From: Vicugna vicugna
Lineage: Eukaryota
Assembly: GCA_013265495.1 (NCBI GenBank)
Contig: MU058213.1
Coordinates: forward strand, 682,001 to 746,000
DNA: 64,000 nt
Direction of reading: 5' to 3'
Both the position numbers and the translations under genes were made by a program. The notes under the pieces were generated by a model, which did not search any database, had not been told where the DNA came from, and saw only the letters and a program-made list of their open reading frames with translations. Positions 35,351 through 47,615 of the stretch are shown here, piece by piece; the stretch's first letter is position 1; each line of letters opens with the position of its first letter.

Positions 35351-37300
35351 TTTTTAATTTTGAAACCAAACATTTAATATTTTCATTGTGTAAATATAAT
35401 TCCTAGCAGATGCCAAGTGGAAGACCAAGCCTAGGCATTTAAAGAGGAAACACTCTTAACAAACAACAAGGGACACCAAGGCTGTTTTCCACTCCAGGCA
35501 CACTGTCAGTGGCCATGTCGGTGCCAGCCAGCCAGTGTTATCCAGATTACCAGGCATTTACCACATCATCAATTTCCAGAACGCTCCAGACAGTTTCAGT
35601 TACTAGAGTCAGTGCACTGACTAAAACCAACAAAGGCTGAACAACCAGCTCCTCCAAAACGTGGGAAATACCACCTTTTGGACACTAACGCCTCCAGTTC
35701 TGCTCCTTGGGCCTGCTGGTTTCTTAGTTCTGTTACTATAGACATGGGATTCAGGCCAGCAGCTGCAGCTAGCGTAGATGGAATGACCTTCATCACACCG
35801 GCAAAGGCACAATGGCAGCAGGATTTCATACCTCTCAATGTGGGTGAATATCCAGTTAACCAGAGGGCCCACTCTATGTTGGGGGTGCTACCTCCTGCAG
35901 GAAGAGCTCTCTGCTTCACTAAACAATGAATAACATACGGCATCACGAACGAAGCACTCAGCTTCTTCCATCACCAACCTGTTAGAAGCAGGAACAACAA
36001 TTATAACTGTTTTTCCTGGGCTTACACAGCCTAGAATCTTGAGCAGTTTGCCAGCACCATGTAAATCGGGCCCCTCAGCTCACTCAGCCAGATCCAGCAT
36101 CTCAGGAGGGAACTGGTCAATATGCACAACTGATATGGTTCCAATATCTTCTCTTTCAATATCCTTAACCACGACAATCTTTCATTCAGGAAACATAACA
36201 CAAGATCACTAAGGGCATCTCTTCAGAAGAGACTTTTGTATGAGAAGGACATTATATCCATTTGTTAAATTTGCTTCACTAAATTTAGAATATAGGCTGT
36301 CCTCTCAGGGCTCAGTCCATCTGGGCTTATCAGAAACCACTGATTATCCTGATTTGTTTTGGAACCAGATAAGTAAAACTGAGTCAGCCCTATCTTAGGC
36401 TTTTCAACTCTGGCCATGTCAGAATTTGCCACTTTTTGGGTGAGAACCAGCTCTTCCAACAACTCACAATCATCAATTGCCCCAAGTTCCCTCTTCAAAA
36501 AAAAAAAAAATGTACCCATTTCTCCCACCCACCACTCCCCACCTCTGGCAACCACAAATTTAAGACCTTGGTTCTTTTTTTTTTTTTTTTTTTAAGATTC
36601 CACCTGTAACAGAGATCACACAGTATGTGTCTTTCTGTCTCACTGATTTCACCTAGCATTATACTCTTGAGGGCATTAGCAAGTTTCTTCACTCTCTTGA
36701 CATCTCTAAGATCTACGCCTGCAGCCGTGGCTGGGTCTCTTTCCTCGCTCCGTGTACACTCATGTAAGAGAAAGCAGACTTGAATACTGGCAGACAACTC
36801 CTGAGTCCAGTGAACCGGCTGCACTGTTTAACAAAGTTTCTCTGTCACTCAGCTCCCCAGGTCAAGACATGTCAAGATTTCAATACCATTTTCCAAAGCC
36901 GTCTAGAGTGACTTGGAAATTATGAATCCCTTTCTGACAAACACTTAGTACAGGAATCTAAGAGAGAGCCAGCAATGATGGTCACTGATGTGGTGCCACT
37001 TCCTGCTTCTCTGTCTTGAGCCTCAGCTCCACCAGCATTCTGGCTGTTGGAGGTAACACTTGCATTTATTTGGGAATGGGAGCACCATTTGTAATGGTCA
37101 CATCATCTCTTCCATCTTGAATCATCTTATGCATTCCTTTTGGTCCAAGGCTTGTTCTAATAGCTTCAGCAACAGCTTTGGACACAAAGATGTTGCTGAA
37201 GCAGACCTGGGCTGGCCTGTTGTCCTTATAGGTGTCTGTCCCATGGCTGCTGGCAAGCTCGGCCTGGTCTGTGTGGGCTCCAAAAGGACATGAGGACAGA
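35351..37300 (-). pseudogene. CCT4: Processed pseudogene of CCT4 (TCP-1 delta), heavily decayed
   Basis: Intronless; [73 protein letters not shown]; ends IDDVVNAW* (stop 35547-35549) followed by a CCT4-like 3'UTR; many frameshifts. Confidence 0.93.
36491..36679 (-). mobile_element. Short L1 3'UTR fragment inserted in the CCT4 pseudogene
   Basis: Splits KKL|GAIDD; contains ATGCTAGGTGAAATCAGTGAGACAGAAAGAC on the minus strand. Confidence 0.8.
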
Positions 37301-37341
37301 TTCCAGTGGGCAACAGAATAATGGTGCTCACTGTTAGCCAC

Positions 37342-37888
37342 TGAGGGGGATCAGAACGTGTTACCCCACATATGCTGCTTTGCCGTATTATTTCAAGCTG
37401 AAGGCAACTGAGAAACAGCATTTGAGGAAGGGCTCTCTGGCCTCCTCCCTTCTGCCTAAAAGCAGGGAAGGCATAAATTTCCCGTGAGAGGCACCTGCTT
37501 GTACCAGGAAGGGGAGAACAGTCTTATCACTGGCGATGGGAGTTAACACCAAGATGAATTGGCATACATTTTACTAAAATAATCCTCATCTTCCATTAGC
37601 TCCATGTAATTCCTAGTCACTGTCCCACAATGTAACGCCTTGAGGAGCCCAAATCCCTTTCCTTTGTCTAGTCATTTATCCACAATATAGCCCTTTGTTA
37701 AAATGGTATACAACCCCCAAATCTAACTGCTTCTTTGGGGTTTTCACTTGTTTTCTATGAAGTCCCCTGAGAAAACATTACCATCAAATAAGATTTTTAT
37801 GTTTTTCTCCTGTTAATCTGTCTTTTGTCTCTTAAATTCTGTACCTGAGGCCTGCGAATTTAGAGGGTAAAGTTTTCCCTCTCCATCA
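37342..37888 (+). mobile_element. MER34-like solo LTR
   Basis: TGAGGGGGATCAGAACGTGTTACCCC start; TTTTCTCCTGTTAATCTGTCTTTTGTC and TTTTCCCTCTCC end. Confidence 0.7.
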
Positions 37889-38128
37889 ACTTGCAAATGA
37901 TGGGTTGACTGTAGAATGAAAGGGGAGAAAGAAGGACTTTTTATGTGCTTGCGTATTGATTAAATGTTTAAAATAAAGAATTGTATGTGTTGTATTTAAA
38001 GAGGCAATAAAAAGGAAATTAACATCAATCAAGTTACTCCTAAGAATAAAGTCTTATTAAGTCCCAAGGAAAACCAACTACTTTTTTTTTAAAGATGCAT
38101 ACATTAAAACTTTAAAGATATTTAATAA

Positions 38129-38134
38129 TTTATT
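38129..38134 (-). terminator. Candidate BCL2L10 poly(A) signal (alternative ATTAAA at 38405-38410)
   Basis: Minus-strand AATAAA ~530 nt after the stop, in U-rich context. Confidence 0.4.
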
Positions 38135-38665
38135 AAAGTCAGAAAAATAAAATTTTAATATATTAACTCTAGAAACATACAAGTCCCAGAAATTAGATTT
38201 CAAAGGACTAAGAAAGAATTCCTCATAAAAAGATTTAATATTACATTCTTTGTTAAACTGTGACTTGGAGGACTTTTGGTAGCATTTTACGCCCCTGACC
38301 CGCCGCCTTGATCAATTAGTCAGGAGCAGCACGTGAAATCGTGGATAGATGAGAGACCCACAGCCACTCTTATCCAAATGTAGCAAATAGCACCTTATTT
38401 CCTATTTAATGGAAAGCAGTTTCTTCTGTTTTTCTTTGGAGAAATAAGCCTTTAGATCCCTGCGTCCCCCCTTTAAAGAAGAGCCATTTGTGCCTTTGTC
38501 CTAATACCTCTGAGTACTTGTCAGGAGTTAAAATGCTGGCTGAATCACGGTAGGACTCCTTATATGAACGCAGGTAAAAACGTCTCTGAAGCTGATATAC
38601 TCTGGTTCTGTTCTTTCACATCTCAGATTCGCTTGGCTGGTCACAGTTAGGCAGGTAGAATTGAG

Positions 38666-38806
38666 TTAAGAAATTTTAGAACTCACGATAAATTTTTTCC
38701 AGAAGTAGATTAAGACTACTGCTGTACAGCACGACAGAAAAACCCAGACCAGCTGTCTTTCCCAAGATGGCTGCAGTGCAGGCTGGTAGAAGAGACAAAA
38801 TCCATC
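38666..38806 (-). CDS. BCL2L10: BCL2L10 coding exon 2 (end of BH2 plus transmembrane anchor)
   Basis: Acceptor TTATAG|GATGGA; DGFCLFYQPALQPSWERQLVWVFLSCCTAVVLIYFWKKFIVSSKIS*. Confidence 0.93.
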   Translation of the reverse strand, partial: DGFCLFYQPALQPSWERQLVWVFLSCCTAVVLIYFWKKFIVSSKIS

Positions 38807-40507
38807 CTATAAGGGGCAGGGAGAAGAGAATTAAATTGCTTAATACTCAAAACCTGAACTCAATAAAACACATAGGAAGTTCTCGATTAAACAGTAAGAT
38901 AACTCCAGATTTAAAAAGTAAAGACAGGAAATCCTGACCAATAGGCAACTTATCATTAGGAATCTCTGAGTTAGAATTTGTAAGAAACAGTCCAACACAG
39001 GCAGTAGAAGAGCACAGGGGTCACTTCACTTTGTCACTTAGAGCAGGAATACTCATCTTTTCACCCACTTCTTTCAAAAGCCCAGGGGAAGGTAGACTAC
39101 TATATCATGTTCATTCCTGAGCAAAGAACAGATACCATTTGGGAAAATGTCAAATCACTACCTTGAAAGGTACCACCTGAGACAATAAAGCAAGCAGTTC
39201 CACTCAAAAAAACAGTGGAAGAAGGGACTTGAAATCTAGGCTGTGGCATTTTAACTGCAGCTCAGAGAGGTGTGGGCATGTCCCGTTTACTCTACTGGAA
39301 AGTTTCTGTTTCTTGATGTTGAAAAGTTAGTCCTTAGTGATGATTAGCCAAAAGATAAGAACAAAAACAATGCATCGATTTCCTTAGTGCGGAGGGCCCT
39401 GAGGGGCCAAATGCCTTGTCAAGACAAATGGCTCAAGGTGGATTTCTTAAGAGTTCACAGGCCTGGATAGTTGAAGGCCCACATATACACATCCCACAAG
39501 AACGGACTTAATGCTAACACCTCAAAATGTTCATAAAAGATCAAGATTTTGATTTGGATACTACCTCTCCTCCATAAATGGAACCCAATTCATCACTACA
39601 GGTCTATGAGGAAACTGCAAAACAGGAGGCTAAATTTCCTGCAGTGTTTTCCATTAAGCCTTAGATTTTTTTTTTAATTGCTGGTTTTAATAGTTTGGCT
39701 GTATTTCTTCTATAACCTGGGTCACCACAGTCATTGCCTCAACTCCAGTAAGGAAGAGAAGAAAGAAGCAGGTGTCTAGCTCAGAACCCAGTAGGCAACT
39801 TGAGCTGGGTTTAGGAGCTGCAGTGAAAGGGCCTGCCTCCCTAGCCTAGACCACAGGCATCAATGACTTACAGCTGAGAGCCAGTGCGCCTGGCTACCTC
39901 CCAATTAAGGGCTAGGTGCGGTGGATTAGAAATTAAGGAACCTTGAGTCAGCACCACCACTGGGTGCCGGCGCACAATCCCCACCACCTCTGCCTAGGCA
40001 CTTCCTGAGAGACGTGGGGGCTGGACAAGGGGCTGCGTTTTCACGCTAACATTTGAAGCCGGTGTGCTCCTACTTGCCGGGCTGGGCGGTCCATGGAAAG
40101 GCCGACTCTCTCCAAAGGTGCATCTAATTAGGCGTTGGAGAAAGAATCCACCTGGCTCAGGCCACCCCATTGCTGACTTCACCACATTGGGAATCTCTAT
40201 CTGAGCAAAGTATCCGAGCAAAGCATCCAGACCTAACATGGGCTCATCCTAAAACCCCGAGGGCGGTTCAAGAGCAAGGCCAAAGTGCGCAAACCCAAGT
40301 CTTGCACTATTGGTTCAGAACGGGTTGGTATGAGAGCCGTCTAGCGAGGCCGGTTTCTGTGACTGACTCCGCCAGGAGAGGGGAAAGCCGGACCTCACAC
40401 CCAACGCCCCCACAGGACTGGCGCCGCGGGGTCCCTCCCGATGCGGGCCTCACAGGCGCGCCCCAGGCGGCCCGCCCGGCCCGGGTCCCCGCGCCCGCCG
40501 CGCTCAC

Positions 40508-40915
40508 CCAGCCGCCGTGCGCCACCAGCCAGGTGCGGTGCAATCCCGAGAACTGGACACACAGCGAAGCCACCAGAAGTCGGCAGTTACGGCTAATGTC
40601 TTCCTTCTCCCTCGGACCCCAGGTGCCAGGCGGCGGCCTCTCCAGCAACGTCCCCGCGAAGGTCAGGAGCGATGCCACGCGGCCCCAGCTGGGGCCCTGG
40701 TCGTCAGCGAGTAGCTCCTGCGCCATCCTGGCCACCAGCTCGACGCGGTCCCCGCGGAAGCCGCGGTAGTAGGAGAAGAAGTGCGAGTTGTCCTCCTGTA
40801 TCTGGGCGGCCACGCAGCGCTGCACGGCGGCCTCGGGCGTGGACGGCGCCTGCACGCAGTACTGCAGGTAGCCGGTCAGCAGGCGGGCCGTGCGCTCCCG
40901 TAGCCCATCCGCCAT
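40508..40915 (-). CDS. BCL2L10: BCL2L10 (Bcl-B/Diva/Boo) coding exon 1
   Basis: Kozak GCCATGG; MADGLRERTARLL..PSTPEAAV..PSWGRVASLLTFAG (BH1)..WLVAHGGW; donor TGG|GTGAGC; lies in a CpG island. Confidence 0.96.
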
Positions 40916-40953
40916 GGCTCGCCCTCTGGCCCGGCCCGGCGCGGCCTGGCCTG

Positions 40954-40992
40954 TTTTATAGGCCTGCTCCATGCCCCGCCCCGCCCCGCCCC
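40954..40992 (-). promoter_or_regulatory. BCL2L10 core promoter: TATA box with tandem GC boxes
   Basis: Minus-strand TATAAAA at 40960-40954; overlapping GGGGCGGGGC repeats at 40973-40992. Confidence 0.8.
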
Positions 40993-41574
40993 GGGCAGTT
41001 GCTTTTTCAGATCTGGAGAAGAGACTTTGATAGGAATCTCACCTACACCTGTTCTGGTCCCAATTAGCGAGGCCTAGCGGTGTGCATTGTGTTCATGTAG
41101 CAAACAATGGCAGAGTGAGACTCTTATGAGGGTTATTGTTTAGCTCTCAATTTAGGCACTGAGAACTCAGAGGGGACAGTCTGGGAAGTTGGGCTAGACT
41201 TTTGCCTCCTCTTAAGGAGGGGCTGACAAAGGCTACACACAACCCTACACTGGCGGCTCCCTTAACAGGATTATCAGCATCTTCTCGATTGGATGGAAGC
41301 GTCCAAGTGTGTTGGTGATACCTTTCTTTGGGTCTGGCACACGTGGCAGGAAGGATAATTCTCCTACAGGCTGCTAGAGTGCCCATATTGGCTGCATTCA
41401 TTCATTCATCCACTCATTTACTCTAAGTCTTGGGGGGCTGTCTCCCCTTTAGCACTGGAGATACAATGGAGTACAAGACATGTGGCCTCTGCTGTTAAGG
41501 ACACTGCAATCTAGTGATGGGACAAAAAAACAGGCAGTTTAACAGTAGAGTTACATTATCGGTCTAATACAAGT

Positions 41575-43015
41575 TGAGGGAGTACCCACCTCTACGATAG
41601 TGGCTGCTTCTTAAAGCTACCATCCCTGTATTGCTTAGAATTTTCCACTTTTTATTGGCCAATTCCCTCATTAATCCAATTCCCTATTATAGTTAATACT
41701 TCTTACACTAATCTTTCTCTGTTCATGTTACTTTATGGCTTCTTTCTCCTGATTGGACCCAGACTGACACAGAATTGGCACCAGCAGTGAAATTTGTGAG
41801 GATTCATTGGTCTGGAGCATTTTGAGGTATCCTCCTCCCTACCCCCAGGGAAAGGTGAGTTGCTGCATCTTTATCATCTGCAAGAAGAAAGAGGTCTTGG
41901 TAGGTCACTTTGGAGGCAAGTGTACACACACGGGCTTGTACCCTCAACCACCTGCAGGCTGGCTGATTGGGGAGCAGAACAAGAGAGGGCTCTGCAGCCC
42001 GCATAGGCAGTACCAACTGCTCTACACTGGGTCTTATGATCCAACAGACCCAATGGCGGAGCTGTAAGGAGCCTCTGACAAGCACCAACAGAATGACAGT
42101 GCGGACCTCTAGGAGCCTGAGTCAAATCTGTCTTCTTCTGCAGATAACTGTTCTCCTTTTGAGAAGCAGGTTCTGGCTTGCTACTGGGTCTCAGTAGAGG
42201 CTGAATGAGGTGACCATGCAGCTTCAGCTCTCTTCATACTATGGACGTTGTCTCACCTACCATGTTATAAGGCTGGGTGTGCACAGTAGCAATCTGTCAT
42301 CAAGTGGAAATGGCATTTAAGAGGCTGGACTCAGGCAAGTCCATTGGGTACAAGTAACTGCATGAGCAAGTGGGTCCAACTCCTATTGCTTTGCCTCCTC
42401 CCTCATCCCATGCCTGTGGCCTCCAGGGGCTTGCTTATGACCAATGACTGAGGGAGAAGAACTCAAGCCTGGATTACAGATGGGTCTGTATGATACGCTG
42501 GTACACACGGAAGTGGACAGCTGGCACATTACAGCTCAACTTGGTGGGGGGGGGTTGTGAAGACAGTGGTGAAGGAAAAGCCTCCCAGTGAGCAGAAATT
42601 CAAGCAGGATATCTCACTGTACACTGTGTCTGGGCTGAGAGATGGCCAGAGTACAGATCGACATTGTTTCATGGGCAGTTGCTGATGGTTTGGCTGGATA
42701 GTCAGGGCCTTGAAAGGAAAAGACAGGAAGATTGGTGACATGGAAATCTTGGGAAGAGGTATGTGCCTGGACCCCTCTGAACAGGTACAGGTTGAAGATA
42801 TTCATGTCCCATGTCAATGCCTCCAAAGGGCAGCCACCACCAGAAGACTCTTAGTCATCAGGTAGACAAAATTCTGTGCTCTGTGATTTCAGAGAGCTTC
42901 TTTACACAGCTTGATGGGCCAGTGACTGAAGAGGCCATGCACCAGGAAGAGAGGATGTGGCAACAGCAGAATTCCTCCCGCGAAGGCTGAACTGGCTAAC
43001 GCTACAGCCGGGTGC
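41575..43015 (+). mobile_element. ERVL remnant: LTR 3' part, Leu-type PBS and decayed pol fragments
   Basis: CTCCTGATTGGACCCAGACTGACACA LTR end, TGGCACCAGCAGTG at 41776, LGSYDPTDPM-like ERVL pol peptide, GCCTGGATTACAGATGGGTCTG RNase H-like stretch. Confidence 0.7.
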
Positions 43016-43480
43016 CTGACTGGGCACCGCCAGAGATTCCTCTATGGAGAGCCAAATGAATTTTGTCAGAGGGAATACAAATCTCTGTACATCAAACTGA
43101 ATTGGTTGTGACATCTTACGAGTTCCCTCATTAATTGATAAGTTCAATAAACATTTTGATATATGTTCATTTTTTTTTTGCAAGGGAGTCATGCATTTAT
43201 CTTTTTGATTTTTTTTATCTTTTTTTCAGCAGCAAGCATAGTTTTAGATTTGGAGTTGCTGGGGGTTAGTGGTAACTCCTCTGGCCCTGCCATTGGTTAA
43301 CTCTAATAATTATCAGTTGAATTAAACAAGAAATTAATACATTAACCTCCACACAGAATTTCCCATCCAGTTTGCAGTCAGATTTGGTTGCAGTCCCGGC
43401 TCTGCCGCTTAGAAGCTGGGTGACCATGAGCAAGTTGTGCAGTTCTCCTTGCCTCAACTTCCCCATCTAAGAAATAGAGG

Positions 43481-43612
43481 CAGAAGTGGTGGCGTATAGC
43501 TCAGTGGTAGAGTGCATGCTTAGCATGCATGAGGTCCTGGGTTCAATCCCCAGTAATCATGCTAGAAAAATTAAATTAAATAAATAAACCTAACTGTCCC
43601 TCCCCCCCAAAA
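43481..43612 (+). mobile_element. tRNA-derived SINE (Vic-1-like) inside a MIR
   Basis: TAGCTCAGTGGTAGAGTGCATGCTTAGCATGCATGAGGTCCTGGGTTCAATCCCCAG; MIR core motifs on both sides. Confidence 0.9.
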
Positions 43613-43894
43613 GAGATGGAGGTTGTAAACTGTCTGTGTCATAGGCTGTTACAAGGACTACCTGAGTTAGTATGTGCAAAGGCCTTAGCATAGTGCCTGG
43701 CACATAGCAGACGCTCTTTACAATGCAGCTTTTATTATTAGTATGAACTGACCAGGGTTACCAGGCTCACTTGTCCCACTTTTAACCAAAAAACCAAGAT
43801 GTGACGTTTTGGTGAGCCTTACCTATATGGCTTCCGGTTTTGTTTTTTAAATACTAAAAATAGCTAGAAGCCACCTACAATTTCTCCCCATACA

Positions 43895-44372
43895 TTTTTA
43901 ACAGCTTTCTTGTGATATGATTCATATACCATAAAATTTACTCTTTTTAAGTATGTATTTCAGTGGGTTTCAGTATATTGAAAGTTAGTGCAACCATCAC
44001 CACTGTCTAATTTCATTATCACAAAGGAAACACAGTCCCCTAGCCCTAAGTAACCAGTAATTTATATCCTGTCTCTATGGGTTGGCCTGTTATGGACATA
44101 TCCGTATAAATGGAATTAGACACAATGTGGTCCTTTTTGACTGTCTTCTTTCACTTGGTATAATGTTTTCATCCATGTTGTAGTATGAATCAGTACTTCA
44201 TCCCTTTTTATTGGCTGAATAATATTGTATGGATATACCGCATTTTGGTCAACCATCCATTCATCAGTTGTTGAACATTTGAGTTATTCCACTTTGAGCT
44301 GCAATGAACATCTGTGTTCAAGTTTCTATGTGGGCATGTTTTCATTTCTTTTGGATACAGACCTAGGAGTGG
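43895..44372 (-). mobile_element. Old L1M 3' end
   Basis: TTCATATACCATAAAATTTAC..GTGCAACCATCACCAC..CATCCATGTTGTAGTATGAATCAGTACTTCATCC motifs. Confidence 0.8.
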
Positions 44373-47300
44373 GAGGCCACCTATTACTGGGGAGCACAGA
44401 TAGGCTGGAAACAGTGACTCCTGGTTCAGGACAAAGTGAAGCCTGCACCAGTGGTGTGTTGGTTAGGTAACCTTGGGTTCAAAGATAGTCATTTCCTGTT
44501 GTCACAGTCTTTGTGTAAATGTTCATCCCATATTTACATTAAATTTTCCATATTTATGTGGTTAAATTAACCAGTGCATTGTTTCTGATCCCACTCCGTC
44601 ACGAGAGGGTCTACATCCTTTTTACAATGACGGAAACATATTCATTTCATTTCTTTCACCAGAATTAGCTGTGAGCCAGCCTGCTGTAGAGACTGACCAG
44701 TCCTGAAGGCCAGCCTAGCTCCAGCCAAGTCCTGGCTAGAGAAAGAGGGGGGTCCGTGAATGCCCGGAAGAGTGACCCGATTCTCCTGTATCACCAGTGA
44801 GAGGTTTAGCTGCACACACCCCCAAAGGATCCACAGAGACAGGAAGATTCACCAGAGCTTTCCCCAACTTGCTTCCTCCTCAGAACTCCTGGCCCACCTC
44901 AGGCCTGCCTGGTCCCAACTCCAGGAGAGGGGCCTTAATTTAAGGTCTGTATTTTTAGCCTGCTGTTGGGCCAGAGGGCAAGTTTGGGAAATGCAGATCT
45001 CCAAATCCCAGCTCAGTCAGCTCCCCAGGCTTGGAGGGAAGCTAGTTGACAAAGATGTGGCTCCAACCCCAACACCAGTCAATCTTCTAATTTATCAGAA
45101 TCTTAGCCCAGAATCTCAAGGTTTCTCCTTCAAAAAGATTTTCAGTGACTCACAGGCCTCCATCAGTCTCTCGCCTTTCCCACTCACTCTCTGTGCCCGC
45201 AAGGACCCTCCTATGCTGCCCATGGTCGTGGCTGCCCCAGAGCCTCCCCGTGAGTCTGCCTCTCTCAGTTACCTTCCTCTTCCTCCTCCTTTTCCGGGGC
45301 TCCTACACACCAGGGCCTGAATGGCCCCAGGGCGGTCTTGCATAGAGGGGCCGGAAAAGGGCTCATTAGCCCAGGTAAGTAGCTCTGGCCCTGGGAGTCC
45401 TTCCCAGGCTCCTCCAGGAGCAAAACTACTTTCATAATAATACTGACTCTTTTGTGGTATGTGTAGCTTTGAAAACTCCCACTTTCTCTGGAGTTTTCCA
45501 AAGGCCACTGATGTGTGGTGAAAGGATCACCAGTAGAAGGTGTGCTTCTGTGTTCCTGTGTTTTATTTTTCTCAGTTTTAATTTCTAATATGATAAATAT
45601 TGATAGATATAATCCACATAAACCTCTTTTTGGGGTCCTCAGTAATTTTTTTAAGAGTGTAGAGGGATCCTAAGATGGAAAACTTTGAGAACCACTGGCC
45701 CAAGTGAACCTCTAATTGATGGTAATTACTAATCTGATGCATGCGTGGGGAACCCTTATGTGGAGGGGACAGGAGAGAAAAGAATGAACAAGGAGGAGGG
45801 AGAGGAGGAGGGGAAGGAGGGGAAGGGAACAGGAAAGGGAGGAGGGGAAGGGAGGAAGCAGGGAACTAACCCTTGTTGAAGATGCACCAATGGCTGAGGT
45901 GCATGCTTTACACACTTTAGGGCTGTCCCATTTCCTAGATGAGGAAACTGAGGCTGAAAGAAACTTAGATATTACGCCTCCTGTAAAGCTGGTGGAGATG
46001 CCTCTGAACTGAGGTGCACATACTTTGTCCTCATGCTGTCCCCCTCTTACGGATGAATCCCAGTCTTAGCAGGACCACTTTCTAGCCAGATGGCCGAGAA
46101 ACTATGAGAGCCCGGGATGCAAAGGCCTTTACAACCTGTGCTGTTTTTAAGCCACTTATAATCCAGGGAAAGGTGTGGAGGACATCAAGGGTGGGAAGAG
46201 GGAAGTGGATATGGAGGTCCTGCTCTCGCCTCTGGCTCATTCCAGAAGAGGACTGGCAGTCGGGCCCCACTTCTGGGAGGCCGGCAGCCACTCCCTCCAA
46301 AGCAGCTGCTTGAGTTTCAGTTCACAGGAATTTCCCACAAGCACCCGTCAGCACATACCTCCTGTCTGACCCCTCTACCTGTCTAACCCTTCTCTCTCTG
46401 GCTGCGAAGGGGGGCGTCCAAGGATATGCACACCCAGGGGCACATCTGTTTGGCCCCTTCACCACAACTGGTTTGGTAGGTTTGCTTCCAAGTCCTCTAA
46501 AATTAAAAAACTCCACTCAGCACTATTTTTAATATGCAAAATACAATTTATTACCTGGAGTTTACCCTTGAGACTCCACATGGTGTAGTATATTCCCAGC
46601 CAAGGATTGCCTCAATAAATACTCAGCACCACCTACTGTGACATTAAATGCTTATAAGGGACTGGGTTACTGCCCATGGGGGTGAGTGAGTGAGGGAACA
46701 CTCCCACAGGGCCCCGAAAGTCACTTTTTTGACTGGAAAGTTAGGGGCTACTTTGCAGACATAGTGAAGACGCCCTCCATCTCTGAACATATAACCTTGA
46801 ATTTGCTTCCCCTGAGTCTGGGTGACTTTTCCTTCGCCCTGACTTCCTTCACTTCTGGGAGGCCCACATCGGGATGCAGAGACACGAAAGGGTCTGTGGG
46901 AGAGAGAGGAGGGGATGCCATACTAGGAGCCCAGGAACAAACTCTGGAACATTCTGGGAGCCAAGATGGGGAATTTCACAGGGGGCCTGACCCCTGCAGC
47001 AGCTGGCAGGAGCTGGGTAGCCCCTGTGCCCATTTCCTGGAGCCACTGCCCAGACTGGAAGCCACTAGGGGGAGAAGGGGGCTGAAAAGTGGTCCCTTCG
47101 GACCACACTCCCTCCCCCTGCCCTCTGGGCTCTCAGGGTGGGGGTGGGGTGGTAGGCAGGGGCCTTGCATTTTTTTCTCCCCCCACCCCAGGGCCTACTG
47201 TGTTTTCTTGGGAAATGATTAAATATAACGATTATGTTTATTTAAAAAGAGTTGATGGGCAAGCTGGCCCGGGTGACTTCTGACTGGCCCATCTTGATAC

Positions 47301-47609
47301 TTGAACAGTAGTTTTGCGGGTGGGCCAGGCCCACCCTCTGAGGTTTACAGGAGGGCCTGCACCAGGTCCAGGCCTGCCTGAGGCTCCAGCTCTGGAAGGG
47401 TCTCTTCAAGCAGCAGAGCCAGGGCTTGGCCTGCAAAGCCAGAACTACCATTCGGAGGAGGGCCAGGCTGGCGCAGGGCCAGAAGCGGCCGGAAGATGGG
47501 GGGACTCAGCACACCCAGTCCTTGGGCGCCACAAGGGCCTGGCCGGGGGACCCCAGACCACCCGCAGGGCAGGCCTCACCCAGGAACGCTTTTTGGTCTG
47601 AGGTGACCT

Positions 47610-47615
47610 TTTATT
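47610..47615 (-). terminator. Candidate GNB5 poly(A) signal
   Basis: Minus-strand AATAAA ~1.15 kb after the stop, where the AT-rich UTR-like sequence ends. Confidence 0.4.

Noticed and set aside
35351..37300. Functional CCT4 retrogene
   Set aside because: Multiple frameshifts, stops, an L1 insertion and a damaged NDGAT motif.
40307..40507. C-terminal part of the 221-aa ORF
   Set aside because: Read-through past the GTGAGC donor into the intron; the real C-terminus is at 38806-38666.
40916..40972. 19-aa N-terminal extension of BCL2L10 (MEQAYKTG..) in the ORF track
   Set aside because: That ATG lies upstream of the TATA box; the ATG at 40915 has a strong Kozak context and matches orthologs.
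43481..43560. tRNA-Ala gene (also at other SINE copies)
   Set aside because: Has a SINE tail, A-rich end and TSD-like flanks, with a degenerate acceptor stem.
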